DNA of 63,918 nt, counting the filler, from Chiloscyllium plagiosum (Eukaryota), in the NCBI RefSeq assembly GCF_004010195.1. It is 4 parts of one record of this genome, joined end to end, with 100 filler letters (N's around TTAATTAATTAA, not from the genome) between each part and the next. Parts side by side here need not be neighbours in the genome. Positions count along the whole stretch, not along the records: positions 1 to 31,906 come from NC_057710.1; 3 more parts are not named here. One strand, 5' to 3'. A program made the translations under genes and the position numbers. Position 1 is the stretch's first letter. Each line of letters starts with the position of its first letter. The notes beneath the pieces were generated by a model. That model was not told where the DNA came from and ran no database searches. It saw nothing but the letters and a program-made list of their open reading frames with translations. Below are positions 12,480 through 26,283 of the stretch, piece after piece.

Positions 12480-15250
12480 TAAAGTGCCTTAAAATGATAA
12501 ATTCAGAAATCTGGAAGTTCTAGAATGTATTCCTTTGGACTTGGTAGTTGATATTTTTTCTCTTGAACAGTTTGCACTCTGTAGTGGCCTTGCATTACCA
12601 AGTTCCTCTTGGATTTGTTTCAGTTTATTAGTGGTGAGCCCTGAAGGGATAATGTTCTTGTGGTTCCTTTGTGAAATCCTTTTGGCAGTACAAACAATAT
12701 ACAGTCTGTGCTGGTCTGTAGCTCTTTTTACAAGCTCCCATACCATTTCTGTTTGGATTCTGGCTCACTGCTGCTTTCCCTAAATGTGACAACAGTCTCA
12801 CTCAGTAGCACCGATTGCTGTGTGTGGCCTACTATGCATGATAAGACTGCTCCTTATTATATAAATGATTTGATAATCCAGTAAGTGTAAACGTGGAATC
12901 AACCTCTTTAGGATGGGGACCTGACTCTTCAACTTCCTGCCCATTAGTGACTTTGATAGTACCAGGCTACAATAGACTGGAGCAGATCTACAATCTAGTG
13001 GCATTGTACAATAACTGGCATTCTTCTTCAACAGCAGCTTCATGTCCCTGACTTCACACTCAGCTTTCCTATTCTTGTGATATGCTGAAATCTACAACTG
13101 GCTGCCAATTGGCCGAAGTGCTCATTATCAAACCATGGTCCATTGTCTAAAATAACCACAACCAGGATCTGCTTTGCAAATATATTGTGTTTCACTTGGA
13201 TAACCTCATGGCACAGATCTTCTTCTGATCCGTAAGATCCTTCATGTTTGTGGAGATCCTAGGCCACCATTGACTGAGCTCTGTTGTTGCAATTGATATT
13301 GCCTAAATGTCCCTGATGAATTTTCCCTGAGATTTCTTTCTAAAGTGAAGCTGGAATGACTAATATTTGTCATGCACTGCTAAGCCACCACAATTGTAAA
13401 CTGCTATCAGAGTTTTAATTATGTTTTCATAGCCAACTCACTGAGTCTTTCAAAACAGTACCAACAGCTGTAGAGTCTTCTCTGGTTCCTCAACTACTGC
13501 TATCAGATCTGGCAAAGCTATTGTGACTTGCTGAATGAGTGGGCAAATACATGGCAGATGCAGTACAATGGGGATAAATATGTGGTTATCCACTTTAGTA
13601 GCAAAAATAGGAAGGGTGTAAATTGAGAGAGAGAGAAATGTTCAATGAGATCTGGGTGTCCTCATGCACCAGTTGCTGAAAGTAAGCATGCAGGTTCAGT
13701 AGGCCGTAAAGAAGGCAACCCATGTGTTGGCCTTCATAACGAGAGGATTTGAGGATAGGAACAAGGATTCCTTGCTGCAATTATACAGGGCATTGGTGAG
13801 GCCACACCTGGAATATTGTGTGCAATTTTGGTCTCCTTATCTGAGGAAGGGTGCTCTTGACATAGCGGGAGTACAGTGAAGGTTTACCAAATTGATTCCT
13901 GGGATGGCAGGACTGACATACAGAGAGCGATTGAGTTGGTTAAGATTGTATTCACTGAAGTTGAGAAGAATGAGATGGGGATCCCATAGAAACATGATAA
14001 GACAACAACAGAACAAGACAGGCTTGATGCAAGACCAGATAACTAGTAAACCTTTTAGGACTGACCTGAAGAGAAATGTCTTCACCCAGACAGTGGTGAC
14101 CCTGTAGAAATCACTCCCAAAGAAAGTGGTTGAAGTGAAAACATTAAGTGTTTTCAAGAAGGAGGTAGATACAGCTTTTATGGCTAAAGGGATCAAGGGA
14201 TATGGGTGGAGGGTAGGATTAGGGTATTGAGATTAATGATCAGCCATGATCATATTGAATGGCAGAGCAGGCTTGAGGGGTTGAATAGCCTGGTTGAATG
14301 CTCTAATCTTCTATGTTTTCAGTGTCTCTGTGCCCCATAATGCACATGATGTGTAACAGGCTTGTACGCAACTCCCATTCAGTTTCTCCTGGCAGAGCAT
14401 TGCTCTGAAGCATGTAGCCGAAGGAGGAACCAGTATAATGTTTCAAAAGGTTGGATTATAGTGTGTTAATACACCATGGATGCTAACATCTTTGAAGCTC
14501 TGAAAAGTATTATCTCAATCTGTTTTCAATGCTACCTTACATTTTCTTGAGTTATCTTAAGTGTTTCATGGTAGTTGCTAAGTGAAGCGAAAAGAAAATT
14601 GCCGATTGGTTTACCAAACTCAAGGACCGTTTGGAGCCCTTCCTTGTATAAACTCTTGAAGACTGTATATACTCTAACTATGCTCATCAACTGTTTCCAT
14701 ATGTATCTTTGTGTCATCTATTTGGCATATGACTCCATAAAGACCTTGTTAAATATTGGACATAGTCCATCAAAAATCTCTGGTATTAAGGCAATTCAAA
14801 ATGGTAATCTGTTGAACAAAATCTCTGCAATAAAATTTATAAATGTGATAAACAATATTATTGTTCTTTCAATGGCAGCTGCCAGGATCTCCTATTGGCA
14901 TCGGGTTCTACTTTTGGATAATTAATTAAACGCTCATCAAACATTGACATAGAGTGGATTTCTCTTACTACTACCATATCAAGCTGTATACAGTCAACAT
15001 AAATTTAAATTGTACTGGTAGGCTTGGATACAGTAACCATGCATGAACATAGCTGGTTGTCTGTGTTGTTTGGGAAATGATGCCCATTCTTGCCACCCCT
15101 GTATGTTGCTTCATCAAGTGACGCAGAATTTCCCCATGTGTAGAGTGACTAAAGATTTAGCGAATGTCTTTGTAACGCTGTATTTGGTATTCAGCTTTGT
15201 TAACTATTTAAATAATGTGGGATATTCCTGTTTATAGGAGCCCCTTATTC
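12480..15250 (-). mobile_element. Decayed Ty3/Gypsy LTR-retrotransposon pol (RT and integrase), interrupted by a CR1
   Basis: Frameshifted minus-strand motifs: RT DAN..SWQLPL, FNRLPF, GVICQIDD (about 14710-14915); integrase Zn-finger IHQGHLG..WP (about 13250-13325); KAECEVR.MKLLLKKN..YCTMPL..LMGRKLKSQVP (about 12910-13070); TDQHRLYIV..RNHKN C-terminus (about 12650-12720). Confidence 0.75.
13495..14320 (+). mobile_element. CR1 LINE 3' fragment nested in the Gypsy remnant
   Basis: EWANTWQMQY, LVRPHLEYCVQFWSPYLRK, IPGMAGLTYRERL; ttctatg tail near 14310. Confidence 0.85.
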
Positions 15251-15404
15251 TTTGTTGTTAAACCACTCCCATCCTTTGAATAATATTCAGGTCAAGATGT
15301 ATTTTCCTAATGAAAACTGAGATTTGTTGATTGTGAAGTAGGAATAGGCTTTATACTATTTGGCATCCCCTACTTAGACAGTTGCTTATAATATATCTTT
15401 AATG

Positions 15405-17540
15405 GAGTCATAGAGTTGTACAACATGGAAACAGACCCTTCAGTCCAACCTGTCCATACTGACCATAATTCCAAACCAAACTAGTCCCACCTGCCTCTGT
15501 TGTGCCCATTATCCCTCCAAACATTTCTTATTCGTGTACTTATCTCAATGTCTTTTAAACATTGTAACAGTACCCATGTCCACCATTTCCTTTGAAAGCT
15601 AATTCCACACATGAACCACCTTCTGTGTAAGAAATGAGGTTGCCCCTCATGTCTTTTTAAAATCTTTCTCTTTTCACCTTAAAGATATGCATCCTAGTCT
15701 TGAAATTCTCCATTGTGGGGAAAAGAAATCCACCGTTCAGCTTATCTGTGCCCCTCATGAATTTATAAACCTCTATAAGGTCACCCCTCAACCTCCTATC
15801 CTCCAGTCAAAAAAGTCCCAGCCTATCCAGCTTCTCTTTATAACTAAAACCCTCCATTTCCAGCAAATCCTGGTAAATCTTCCTATAACAGAATAATCAA
15901 AACTGGACACATTACTCCAGAAGAGGCCTAACCAATATCCTTACAACTTCAATACCCCAATTCCAAATCAAAGCTCTGAGCAATGATGGCATGCATGCTA
16001 AATGCCTTCTTAAGCACGATGTCTACAAATGATGCAAACTTCAAAGAATTATATACCTGAACCCCTAAGTCTCACTGTTCTACAACACTACTCAAGGTCT
16101 TACTTTTATTTGTATAATCCTCTTGTTTGCTTTACCAAAATGCAATACTTTGCATTTATTCAAATTAACCTCCATCTGCCACTCCTTGACCCATTGACTC
16201 AATTGATCAACTTCTCTAAATTTTAGATAGCCTTCCTCGCTGTCACAATACCATCAACCTTAGTGTCTTCTGCAAACTCCTAATCATGCCTTCTATATTT
16301 TCATCTGAATCATTTATGTAAATGACAAAGAATAGTGGGCCCAGCACCACTCTCTGTGGAACACCACTGGCTTCCATTCCGATAAAACAACCCTCTACCG
16401 CAACTCTGTCTGCTGCCATTGAGCCAATCTTGTATCCAATTGGTGATCTCACCATCAATCTCATGTAATCTAACTTTACTAATTAGCATACCATGTGGAA
16501 CCTTGTCAAATCTTACTAAAGCTCAAGTAAACAATGACTACCTGCTCTGCCCTCATCAATTTTCTTGTTTACTTCCTCAAAAACCTCAATCAAATTTGTG
16601 AAACACAATATCACTTGCTAATTATCTCTAATCATTCCTTGCCTCTCCAAATGCATTTAAATCCTATATGTCAGAATCACTTCCAACAACTTATCGACCA
16701 CTGAAGTCAGACTTACAGGTCTACAGTTCCCAGGTTTCTCCCCCCAACCTTTTTTAAACAAAGGCACAACGTTAGCCACTCTCCAGTCATTTGGCACCTC
16801 ACCGTATGTTATAGATGATAGAAATATTTCTTCAAGGGCCCCATAATTTCCTCCCTAACTTCCTACAAAGTCCAGGGATACACTAGATCAGGTCCCAGAG
16901 GTTTATTCACCTTTATATTTTCTAAGACTTCCAGCACCTTCTCTTTTCTGATGTGAATTGTTTTCAAAACATCAATATTTATTTTTCTGAGTTCTGTAGT
17001 CTCCATTCATTCTCCACAGTGAAAACTGCCACAAAATATTCATTTAATATCTCTAACGTTCAACACAAAGATGACTTCAATTATCTTTAAGGAGCCCTAC
17101 TCTCTCTAGTTGCTCTGTTGCTCTTAATGCACTTGCAGAATCTCTTTGGGTTATCCTTTACCTTACCTGCCCATGCTATCTCGTATCCTTTCATTAACTT
17201 CCTGACCTCCATCCTAAGAATGCCCCATACTCTTTGCACTGTTCAAGTGATTAATTTGATCCCAGTTGTCTATATCTAATATATGATTCATTTTTATTCT
17301 TGACTAGAACCTCAATATTTATTATTTATTCATTATTCTGTAATCTTACCAGCCTTACCTTTCACTGTAATAGGAACATAATGAACCTGAGCTCTTAATA
17401 GCACATTTTTGAAAGCCCCCCACTTACCAGGCATCCATTTACCTGCAAACAGTCTACTCCAATCAACTTTTGAAAATTCTTGTCTAACGCTACTAAAATT
17501 TACCTTACACTAATTATAAACTTTAATCTTAAAATTAAAT
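15405..17540 (-). mobile_element. 5'-truncated degenerate CR1 LINE
   Basis: gagtcatagag tail at 15405; SGVPQRVVLGPLFFVIYIND RT motif (ORF 16243..16464). Confidence 0.88.
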
Positions 17541-17799
17541 GAAGTGCAATGTCTTCTAGATCATGCAGTGGTTAATATCATGAGGTCATCATCTCCTCTG
17601 ACATTTTGTGTCTGATATGTTGGCTTTATGTTGTTGAAAAATGCAAAGAAGCAGCAAGTGGAAGAGTTTTAAAAAAAAGTAATCCAAAGCAAAACATGAA
17701 GGGAGTACCAATGCCAGTAGAAAAGGGATACATGTATAGATTAATTGTAGATATTTTTAGCAAAAAATAACTAGTTCAGCTGAGAGCAAACCCATGGTA

Positions 17800-18000
17800 A
17801 TAAGACACAAAAGGAGTGGGGGGGAGGATGAGTTATCAAAGTAAAGGAATAAATTCAGGGTCTCAAGATTTTGAGCTTAGTATTGTCCTGGAGTCCCGAG
17901 GCAGAAAATATAAGGCAATTCCTTCAGCTTGTGTTGGGCTTTACTGAAACACTATAGCTGGCATAAAACAGACATGTTGGTGTGAGAGAAAGAAGAGGTG
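17800..18000 (-). mobile_element. Decayed Penelope-like 3' fragment
   Basis: Reverse-complement similarity to the post-GIY-YIG region at 27500-27640 and 63130-63250. Confidence 0.5.
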
Positions 18001-19439
18001 CTTTTCGATAAACAGTAGTGTCATGGGCAGCACAGATATACAGATTTTTTTTTAATTTTTCTTATCTTCTGTCCAGAAGCAGAGGTGCGTTTATCAGTTC
18101 TCTTCTTATTCTTTTTCTTTTTTGTGATTGGCTATTGTGTGATTCTCTCAAACCCTTTGTTTATGAAGTCCAACTTTAAATGACTCTCGGCAAACACACA
18201 CATGCACATGGACACAGGTACATACACAAACAGTGACATGGGGATACATGGAAACATGGCGGGGGTCGTGGACATACAAGAAAAGAAAAGGGTTTAACTT
18301 AAGGATAAGTTTTTATTTTAAAAAATGTACAAAGATTACTTCACATAATTTTCGTCTGAATCCAGAGAGTAACTGTCCAGTGAAGGTGCTTTTTGGTAGG
18401 AGCTGAGATTCGAGTAGTGGCAGTTGCTGAAGTTGCAAAATTCTTTTTAAAGTTGAAGTCTCAACCAGATGTTGGTCTGCAGGCTTTTTCCTCTTTGCAA
18501 GTGAATATAAGTTTTCTTCCAGAACAATTTTCTTTGAAGGAGATTTAGACTAAAGCATGTTTGCTAAGTCTGGTTGTGGTATCACCTGTTAGATCCTGTG
18601 TAGACAAAGATTTTTACCAGGCTGAGGTAGTTTCACTTGAACAGGAATGAGTTTATCCAGTTTCCTTTTGACAGTGGTTTTACTGGCTTGCTTTCAGCAA
18701 TCAGAAATACTTTGTTTCTGTTTAACCACACATGTAGGGTGCCTAGTAATTTGCAGCTGTGCCTTTTTGCAGCATACTTCAGCATAGTGGAAATTCAGTC
18801 ACAAACTAATTCACTAGCAAGACATCTCTGCGGCACACCAAGGTCAGGGGCTGCAGTTGACTTTTGACCTCATTTCATGTGTATTTCTGAAATTATAACA
18901 AACAAATATCTTTCTCTTAGAACTACTTTTCTTTCAACTCCTATTATGTCTGCAGCTTGGCATATAATCATGGTTCAGATTTTTGAATGGCAATTCTCCT
19001 TTTGAATTGTTGCTATCTGAAATTTTGTTGATACTTTTTAGGTGTGACATTCTGTGTTTTCTCTCAGGTGTCTGTATAATTTGCACAGGGATTTTCTACT
19101 GAATTTATATTCTCAGTCGTCTTTTTGCTTGTAAGTCATTCTTTCAAACAACTAATTTTTTAGTTAAAAGTTCAATATATCTAAGTAGTTCAAGGATATG
19201 ATCCATTTTCATAACAAAATGTAATAGGATGTACTTTTATGAAAATAAATTTTGAAAAATAATCTAGCATTGGACCTAAGTCAATCAACGGTAGAAGGAA
19301 TCCTTCCTGATCCAGACAGGCCACAGGTTACCCAAAGGGAGATTCAAATAGTATCAGAGTATATCTAAAAGATAAAGGAATACTGACTACACATAGCAAT
19401 AAAAATTAAAGAAAAGTGCTAATATTTATTTTCCCTTGA

Positions 19440-22130
19440 CTTACTCAATGGAATCTTTTTATTAAACTTGATTGAAATTGGCAGAGACATGGCTGCAAGG
19501 ATATCCAAATATCCAAGGATACACATCCTGTCAGAAGGATAGGCAGATGACAGGGGGGTATCATACCTTGTTAGTAACACATGAAATCAAATTGACATCA
19601 TGAAGTAAAGAGGGTTGGAAGGGTAGAGTTACGGAATTGCAAATGAACAAATGAGAGTTGTCTACAGGCCTCTTAGCAGTAGTCAGGATGTGGAGAAGAA
19701 AATGAATCAGGTGATATAAAAGGTGTGTGAGAAAAACACTATTACAATCATCAATGGGGACTTCAATAGGGGAAAATCTGGTCAGTAATGGATCTCAAGA
19801 AAAGGAATTTGTGGAATGTCTATGAGATGGGTATTTTTTGGAACAATTTGTGATAGAACCCACTATGGAACAGGCAATTATGGATTTATGATATGTAATG
19901 AGGCAGACTTGATTAGGGAGCTTAAGGTGAAGGAATCCCTAGAGTGCCATGACCATAGGACAATAAAATTGCCTTGTAGTTTGGGAGGGAGAAACCCGAA
20001 TCAGATATAACAAGTATTACAGATGAAGAAAGGAAACTGCAAAGACATGAGGGAGGAACTTGCTAGAATTGATGGGAAGGAGACTCTGGCAGGGAAGATG
20101 GTGTAACAGCAACGGTATGAGTTTCTGAGTAATTCAAGAGGCACAGCAAAAACGTATCCCAAGGAAGAAGGAACTTATTAAGGGAAGGATGAGGCAACCA
20201 CGGCTGAGAAGGGAAGTTCGGACAGCATAAAAGTAAAAGAAAAAGCATACAATGTGGTGAAGATTAATGGAAAATCAGAGGATTGGAAAGATTTTAAAAG
20301 TAAGCAGAGAATAACTAAAAAAGCAATGGGGGTAAGAAGATGAAATGTAAAACTGTATCAGCTGGTAATATAAAAGATGGTTGCAAACAATTTTGTAGAT
20401 ATCTAAAAGGACAGAGGCAAGAGTGGACATTGGACCTCTGAAAAATGAGGCTGGAGAAGTAGTAATGGGGAACCAAGAAATGGTGGGAGAACTAAAAAGG
20501 CACTTTGCATCAGTTTTCACAGTAGAAGACATCTGTAGCAAGAGAGTCAGAGCCCAGATGTTTCTGTCGTGGCCATCACTAAGGGGAAAATGCTGGGAAA
20601 ACTGAAAGGTTTGAAGATGGATAAATCACCAGAATCTAATGGACTAAGCCCTAGAGTTCTGAAGAGGTCGCTTTGGAGATTATGGAGGCATTGGTGGTGA
20701 TTTTTCAGGAATCACTGGAGTCAGGGAGGTTCCCAGAGGACTGGAAAATGTCTAAGGGAGGGAGGCAGAAGACGGTTAGCCTGACCTCAGTTATTGGTAA
20801 AATTTTAGAGTCCATTATCAAGCAGGAGATTGCAGAGTACTTAAAAGTGCATGATAAAATAGGGCTGAGTCAGCATGATTTTGTCAAGGGGGTGTCATAG
20901 CTGGAAAATCTGTTAAAATTCTTTGTCTTACTTGCTCGTTACCTCCTCAAAGGAGAGCCAATGGACATGATCTATTTGGATTCCCAGAAAACCTTTGACA
21001 AGGTGCCGCACAGGAGGCTCTTAAATAAAATAAGAGCCCATAGCTTTAGGGCAAGGTAATGGCATGGGTAAAAAATTGGCTGACTGCTAGAAGGCAGATA
21101 GTAAGGATAAAGGGGTCTTTTTCAGGATGGCAGCCGGTGACTAGTGGAGATTTGCAGGGGTCAGTGTTGGGACTACAACTATTCAAGTTATACATTAACG
21201 ATGTGGACTAAGGAACTGAGCGTATTGTTGCTAAGTTTACAGATGATATAAAGGTGGAGATACAGGTAATGTTGAGGAAGCAGGGAGGCTGCAGAAGGAA
21301 TTGGACAGGTTAGAAGAGTGAGCAAAGAAATGGCAGATGGAATACACTGTGGTAAAGTGCGAGGCTATGCACATTGGTAGGAGAAATAGAGGCATAGACT
21401 ATTTTCTGAGTGAGGAAAGCTTCAGAAATCTGAAGCACAAAGGGGTTTGGGAGTCCTCATTCAGGATTTTATTAAAGTTAACATGTCGATTCAATTGGAA
21501 ATTAGGAAGGCAAAAGCAATGTTAGTGTTCATTTCAAGAGAGCTAGAATACAAAAGGAGAGATGTACTGCCAAGGCTGTTTAAGGCTCTGGTCAGATAAT
21601 CTTTGGAATATTGTGAGCAGTTTTGGGCCCTGTATCTGGGGAAGGATGTGATGGTGTTGGATGGGGTCCAGTGAAGATTTACAAGAATGATCCCAGTGAT
21701 GAAGGGCTTTTCATACGAGGAGCAGTTGAGAACTCAGGAGTTTAGAAGGATGGGGGGGATCTGATTGAAACTTACAGAATAATAAGAGTTCTGGATAGAG
21801 TAGACTTGGAGAAGATATTTCCATTAGTAGGAGAGACAAGGACCTGAGAGCACAGCCTCTGAGTGAAGGGATGACCCTTTAGAACTGAGATGAGGAGGAA
21901 TTTCAGCAGGAAGGTGACAAATCTGTGGAACTAATTGCCGCATAAAACTATGGAGGACAAGTCATTGATTGTATTTAAGACAGTGGTTCTTGATTGGAAA
22001 GGGTATCACAGATTATTGGGGGAAGGCGGGAGAATGTGGTTGAGACATATATCAGCTATGATCAGATGGCGTAGCAATTTTGGGAGGCTTATTGGCCTAA
22101 TTCTGCTGCTATATCTTATAGCCTTATAGT
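19440..22130 (+). mobile_element. Degenerate CR1 LINE ORF2 (second subfamily)
   Basis: VYRP, GDFN, SLTSVIGKILES, QGSVLG and KFTDD motifs; 3' tail near 22110-22130. Confidence 0.88.
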
Positions 22131-25100
22131 TTTTGTCTAGAAAATATAGTCCTTAAATAATTAAGGCCATTTGTCAATACAAAATATTGTTTACTTCATC
22201 AGATTCACTGTTTTCACAAATTTTACTTGAGGATTTCTCAAGCAGAATAAAGCAGACTGATTTGCGTGGTATAGTTCAGAAGTTCTGGATAAACTCATCC
22301 AAGCTCAGTGAAGCACTGATGGTTGTGAAACAGGGAAGGATATGAAAACAGCAAAGATCGTCATTTGAAGGTTCCTACATTTTTTCATCAAAGTCCTACA
22401 CAAAAACAATGTTTGGCTAACAGTGGCAGAGAACATAATGTCTTAACTGTCAGATTTTATATGCAAAAACACCCAAGTAAAAGAATAAATGTCATAAAAT
22501 GAGTACAAAATATTTGCAATGTTTACTTTGATTAATAGACTAGTAATCTGGATTTTAAATAAATAATTTTGAGTTTATTATTTGCAGCAAAGTCAACAGT
22601 TTTATCCTTTAGTTAAGGGAGGAAGAAAATAGCTCAATTTCACTCAGTTTTGGAGAGAACTTTTAATTTTTGACTGTAGAATCTGTTGTAAAGACTGAAC
22701 GAAGGAAATATCAGCTGGTTGATAAATGTATTAAGAGGACTTTAATGGCTAACATCTTTGGTGTAGTTTCTGAACAGTGTTGCTAACAGAACCCAGCATT
22801 TTTCATAGATCTCCTTCATGTAGGAGGAGATCTTCTTAGGTTCATCTTACACCTCTTGCAGAGGGTCTGCAGAAAGTCCACTGAAAAAATGCGCTTTGTT
22901 AAAAAACATATAGCCATACTCGGTGTGACACAAATTTTCAGAAACTGCATTGATTTTGATATGTCAGTAATTCATTTAATTGTGGATGCAGGGTGAGTGA
23001 TTTCACTGAACATAACACCATAGTACAAGATGCCATTCAAATTGAGGAAACAAGAAAGCATCTCAACTTAGGTTCTAACTCGTCATACTAACTATTGCAG
23101 AACCTCCTCCTTTGTTCTGCCTATACCGTTGATATGTACATGAATGAAGGCTGGATCTTCTCCTTCCCACTTCAGGTTCCTCTTCAGCCTTCAGCTGAGA
23201 TCCCACACCCTGGCACTGAGCAGCTGAAACAGCTGTCTGGACTGATACTTTTTGCTTCAGACAACGGTGTTATACTGTGTTATACAATAAATTTAGCTGA
23301 CCATCTAAAATTTACCTGAAGAATATTTCACAATAATATTGAGAGTTTGCTCTGAGTTATAGAGACATAGCTGCAGGATGGTTGGGATTGGGAACTAAGC
23401 ATACCAGATTATAAAGTTTATAGGATGGACAGGGAAAATGGCAGAAGAGGTGATGTAGCCCTATGGATTTGAAACAAATTACTTCAGTGATGAGGGAGAA
23501 TATATGAGGGGAAAGCATTCAATGGAGACTATGTGAGTGGAACTGAGGAACAGTAAATGATGTAAAATTGTAATAGATGTAGTGTGCAGACCATCTGTGG
23601 CAGCTCTGGAGTGCTAGATTATTTAAGTACAGAAATGAGGCAAGTGTATGGCAAAGCTATAGTAGTATTAATGAGGGATTTTAACTTCATCAGGTTGGGA
23701 GAGGCCTGTCAGAAAGGTAGTGAGCTTCAGGAGGGTGTTTGTTTGGGATAGTTTCCTACAGCAATATGTCCTGTATACAACAAAGGGACAAGCAATACTG
23801 GATTTGGTAATGGGCAATGAGCCAGATTTAATTTGTCACCGAATAGTGTGTGAACATTTATCAAAGAGTGATCATAATGATGGAGTTCAATGTAGCATTT
23901 AAAAGTGAAAAGCACGAATCACCTACTGGAGTTATGGATATAGGTAAGGCTGACTTTAATGAGAAGAAATGGAGACCACCCACAATAAACTGCTAATGTG
24001 TAAAACAGTTGGAGAATAGTGGAGCATGTTTAATGAAACATTTAATCCTGTACAAAACCAGTTTATACCTCGGAGAGGGAAAAACTCCACTTCACAGAAA
24101 AATGCAGCTGTAGACAATTAAAGGGATAAAGGATAGCATAAAACCAAATAAAAAGGCTGCCAAAAATGCAAAAATACAAGATCTTGCAGAATGGTAGAGA
24201 TACAAAGACTTGCAAAGTGTCAGAAAGCAGCATATCAGAGCCACTGGGAAGGAATCTTGAAAGTAAATTTGCTAGGGACGTCAAAAACAGTAAGTAGAAA
24301 TTTATAGTTACATTAAAAAGCAGGTAGTCAGGAGCAATGTTTGCCAACTGAAAGTGAATTGACAGAGATATTGTCAATGATCATGGGGAAAGGACAGACA
24401 TACTGGATAATTAGTTTGCCTCTGTATTTACTGTAGAAAAGGAGGATAGCTCGACAGAAATCCTGAGGAAGTTAATAGTGTATCAGGGCCAGGGACTGAA
24501 TAAAATTATTGTAAGTAAAAGATGAGGTAATGAGGAAATTAATGGAATTAAAGAGTGACAAATCCCCAGGATCTGAGGGTTTCCATTTGTGGTGCGAAAG
24601 GTAGTAGATGTCCTAACTACAAACTTTTAGAGTTCCCTAGATAGGAAAATTGAGCATGTCACTTATATTTTTAAGAAGGTCAAAAGAAGAAAACCAGGAA
24701 ATTACAGACCAGTTAGCCTACCATTGTGGTGGACAAATTGTAGGAGTCAATAATCAAAGATGGGTAACTTAGTACCTTGAAAAATTTCTGTTATCCAGGG
24801 AGAGTCAGCATGGATTCATGACAGGTAAGTCTGTGTCTGACAAATGTCATTGAGTTTTTTTGAAGAGGTGACTAAGGTGGTAGACAAAGTAATGTCTTTG
24901 GATGTTGCTTATATGGATTTCCAAAAGATATTCGATAAATTCTAACTAAGGTAGAAGCCCACAGAATTGAAGGCAAATCACTGACATAGCGAGGAAATTA
25001 GTTGAGTAGCGGGGAACAGAAAGTAGGGATGTGACCAATGATGTTTCACAAGGATCTGTGTTAGGGCGTCAGTTATTAATATTATAGATTGATGACTTGG

Positions 25101-25555
25101 ATAATCATATATCTAAATTTGCCAATGGCACAAAGTTAGGCAGCATTGTAAACAGTGTAGATGATAGCATAAAATCACAAATGGATATTACTGGACTAGA
25201 TGAATGGGCAAATCTGGGCAGATGGAGTTCAATGTAAGCAAATGTGTGGTTATCCATTTTGGATGGACGTAGGTAGACCATGGTATTTTCTATATATGGT
25301 ATCAAGTTAAATACAGTGGCTGTCCAGAGACTGCAAAGTTCAGGTGCATAAATCTTTAAAATGTCACATGCAGAAAATAATCAGGGTGGGTAATGGGATG
25401 TTGGCCTTTATGCCTAGATGACTGGAGTACAAGGATTCAGAAGATATACTGTAGTTATACAAAACTCTGGTTAAACCCCACTTGGAGTACTGTGAGCAGA
25501 ACTGAGAATTACATCTTCGGAAGGGTATGTTGGTGTGGGAGGGAGTATAATGTAG

Positions 25556-26283
25556 TGTTGTGGGGAAAAATACCAGTCTCGGAGTCAGAATCGGGGTTCA
25601 ATGACAGAGTTTGTTGCACAAGGAAATACCGGAGCTCCAGGGAGAGAAAGACACCAACAGCATAGTGGTCAGCTGCAAGTCTTCTCTTGACCCGGAGTAC
25701 ATGTCATGAAATTTTTATACATCTTGTGATACAATAGGTCAGTGATGAAATTACAGTCTTTGTAACATGATTTGTTTATGGCAATCATTGCAGAATTGTT
25801 GATAGTTTTGATACAGTCTTTGTCAGTTCCAGTGCAGCCTTTGTTAATTTCCACGTGGTCATTGTCAGTTTCAGTGTAGACATTGTCAGTTTCAATGTCT
25901 GCATGGAAATCCATTGCTGTAGTAATGGGTGCTAATCACTCTTCTTAAGAAGGACAATTACTGTAGCCCTGGCTATTAGCATTTCGTATTGAGTCTGTAT
26001 CAAGTTGTTCGCATTTCTATAAGAGGTGTTAGCTGGACCCAGATTCTTCATTGGGCAGTGTTCGTTACTTATGTATTTTCTTCCTCATCTGCCTTAAACT
26101 AATCAACTGGGTTGTGAGTGCTGGCATTCTGGTGGCCCCAGGTAGTGTCTGTTTCTGCTCTGCTGTTTCTCTCCATAATTGTGATCTGGCAGCCAACTTT
26201 TGTGTGTCAAGTTGGCCAACTGATGGCTCAGTGGCCATCTTATGTGCCTAGTGTCACTCTGCCCCGTGACATCTCCCTCTTCA
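25556..26283 (-). mobile_element. Solo LTR (728 bp, ERV- or Gypsy-type) with 4-bp TSD
   Basis: TG...CA termini, GTAG duplicated at 25552-25555 and 26284-26287; minus-strand TATAAAAA at about 25711-25718; internal 21-bp tandem array. Confidence 0.88.
25799..25903. repeat. Five degenerate 21-bp tandem units inside the LTR
   Basis: ttgatagttttgatacagtct / ttgtcagttccagtgcagcct / ttgttaatttccacgtggtca / ttgtcagtttcagtgtagaca / ttgtcagtttcaatgtctgca. Confidence 0.8.

Noticed and set aside
18050..19200. Possible LTR-like element
   Set aside because: Composition is suggestive but I could not define termini, TSD or a second copy.
25669..25914. 81-aa ORF with 7-residue periodicity as a repeat protein, or the 21-bp array as CRISPR-like
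   Set aside because: Contiguous degenerate units without spacers inside an LTR; eukaryotic context and no cas genes.
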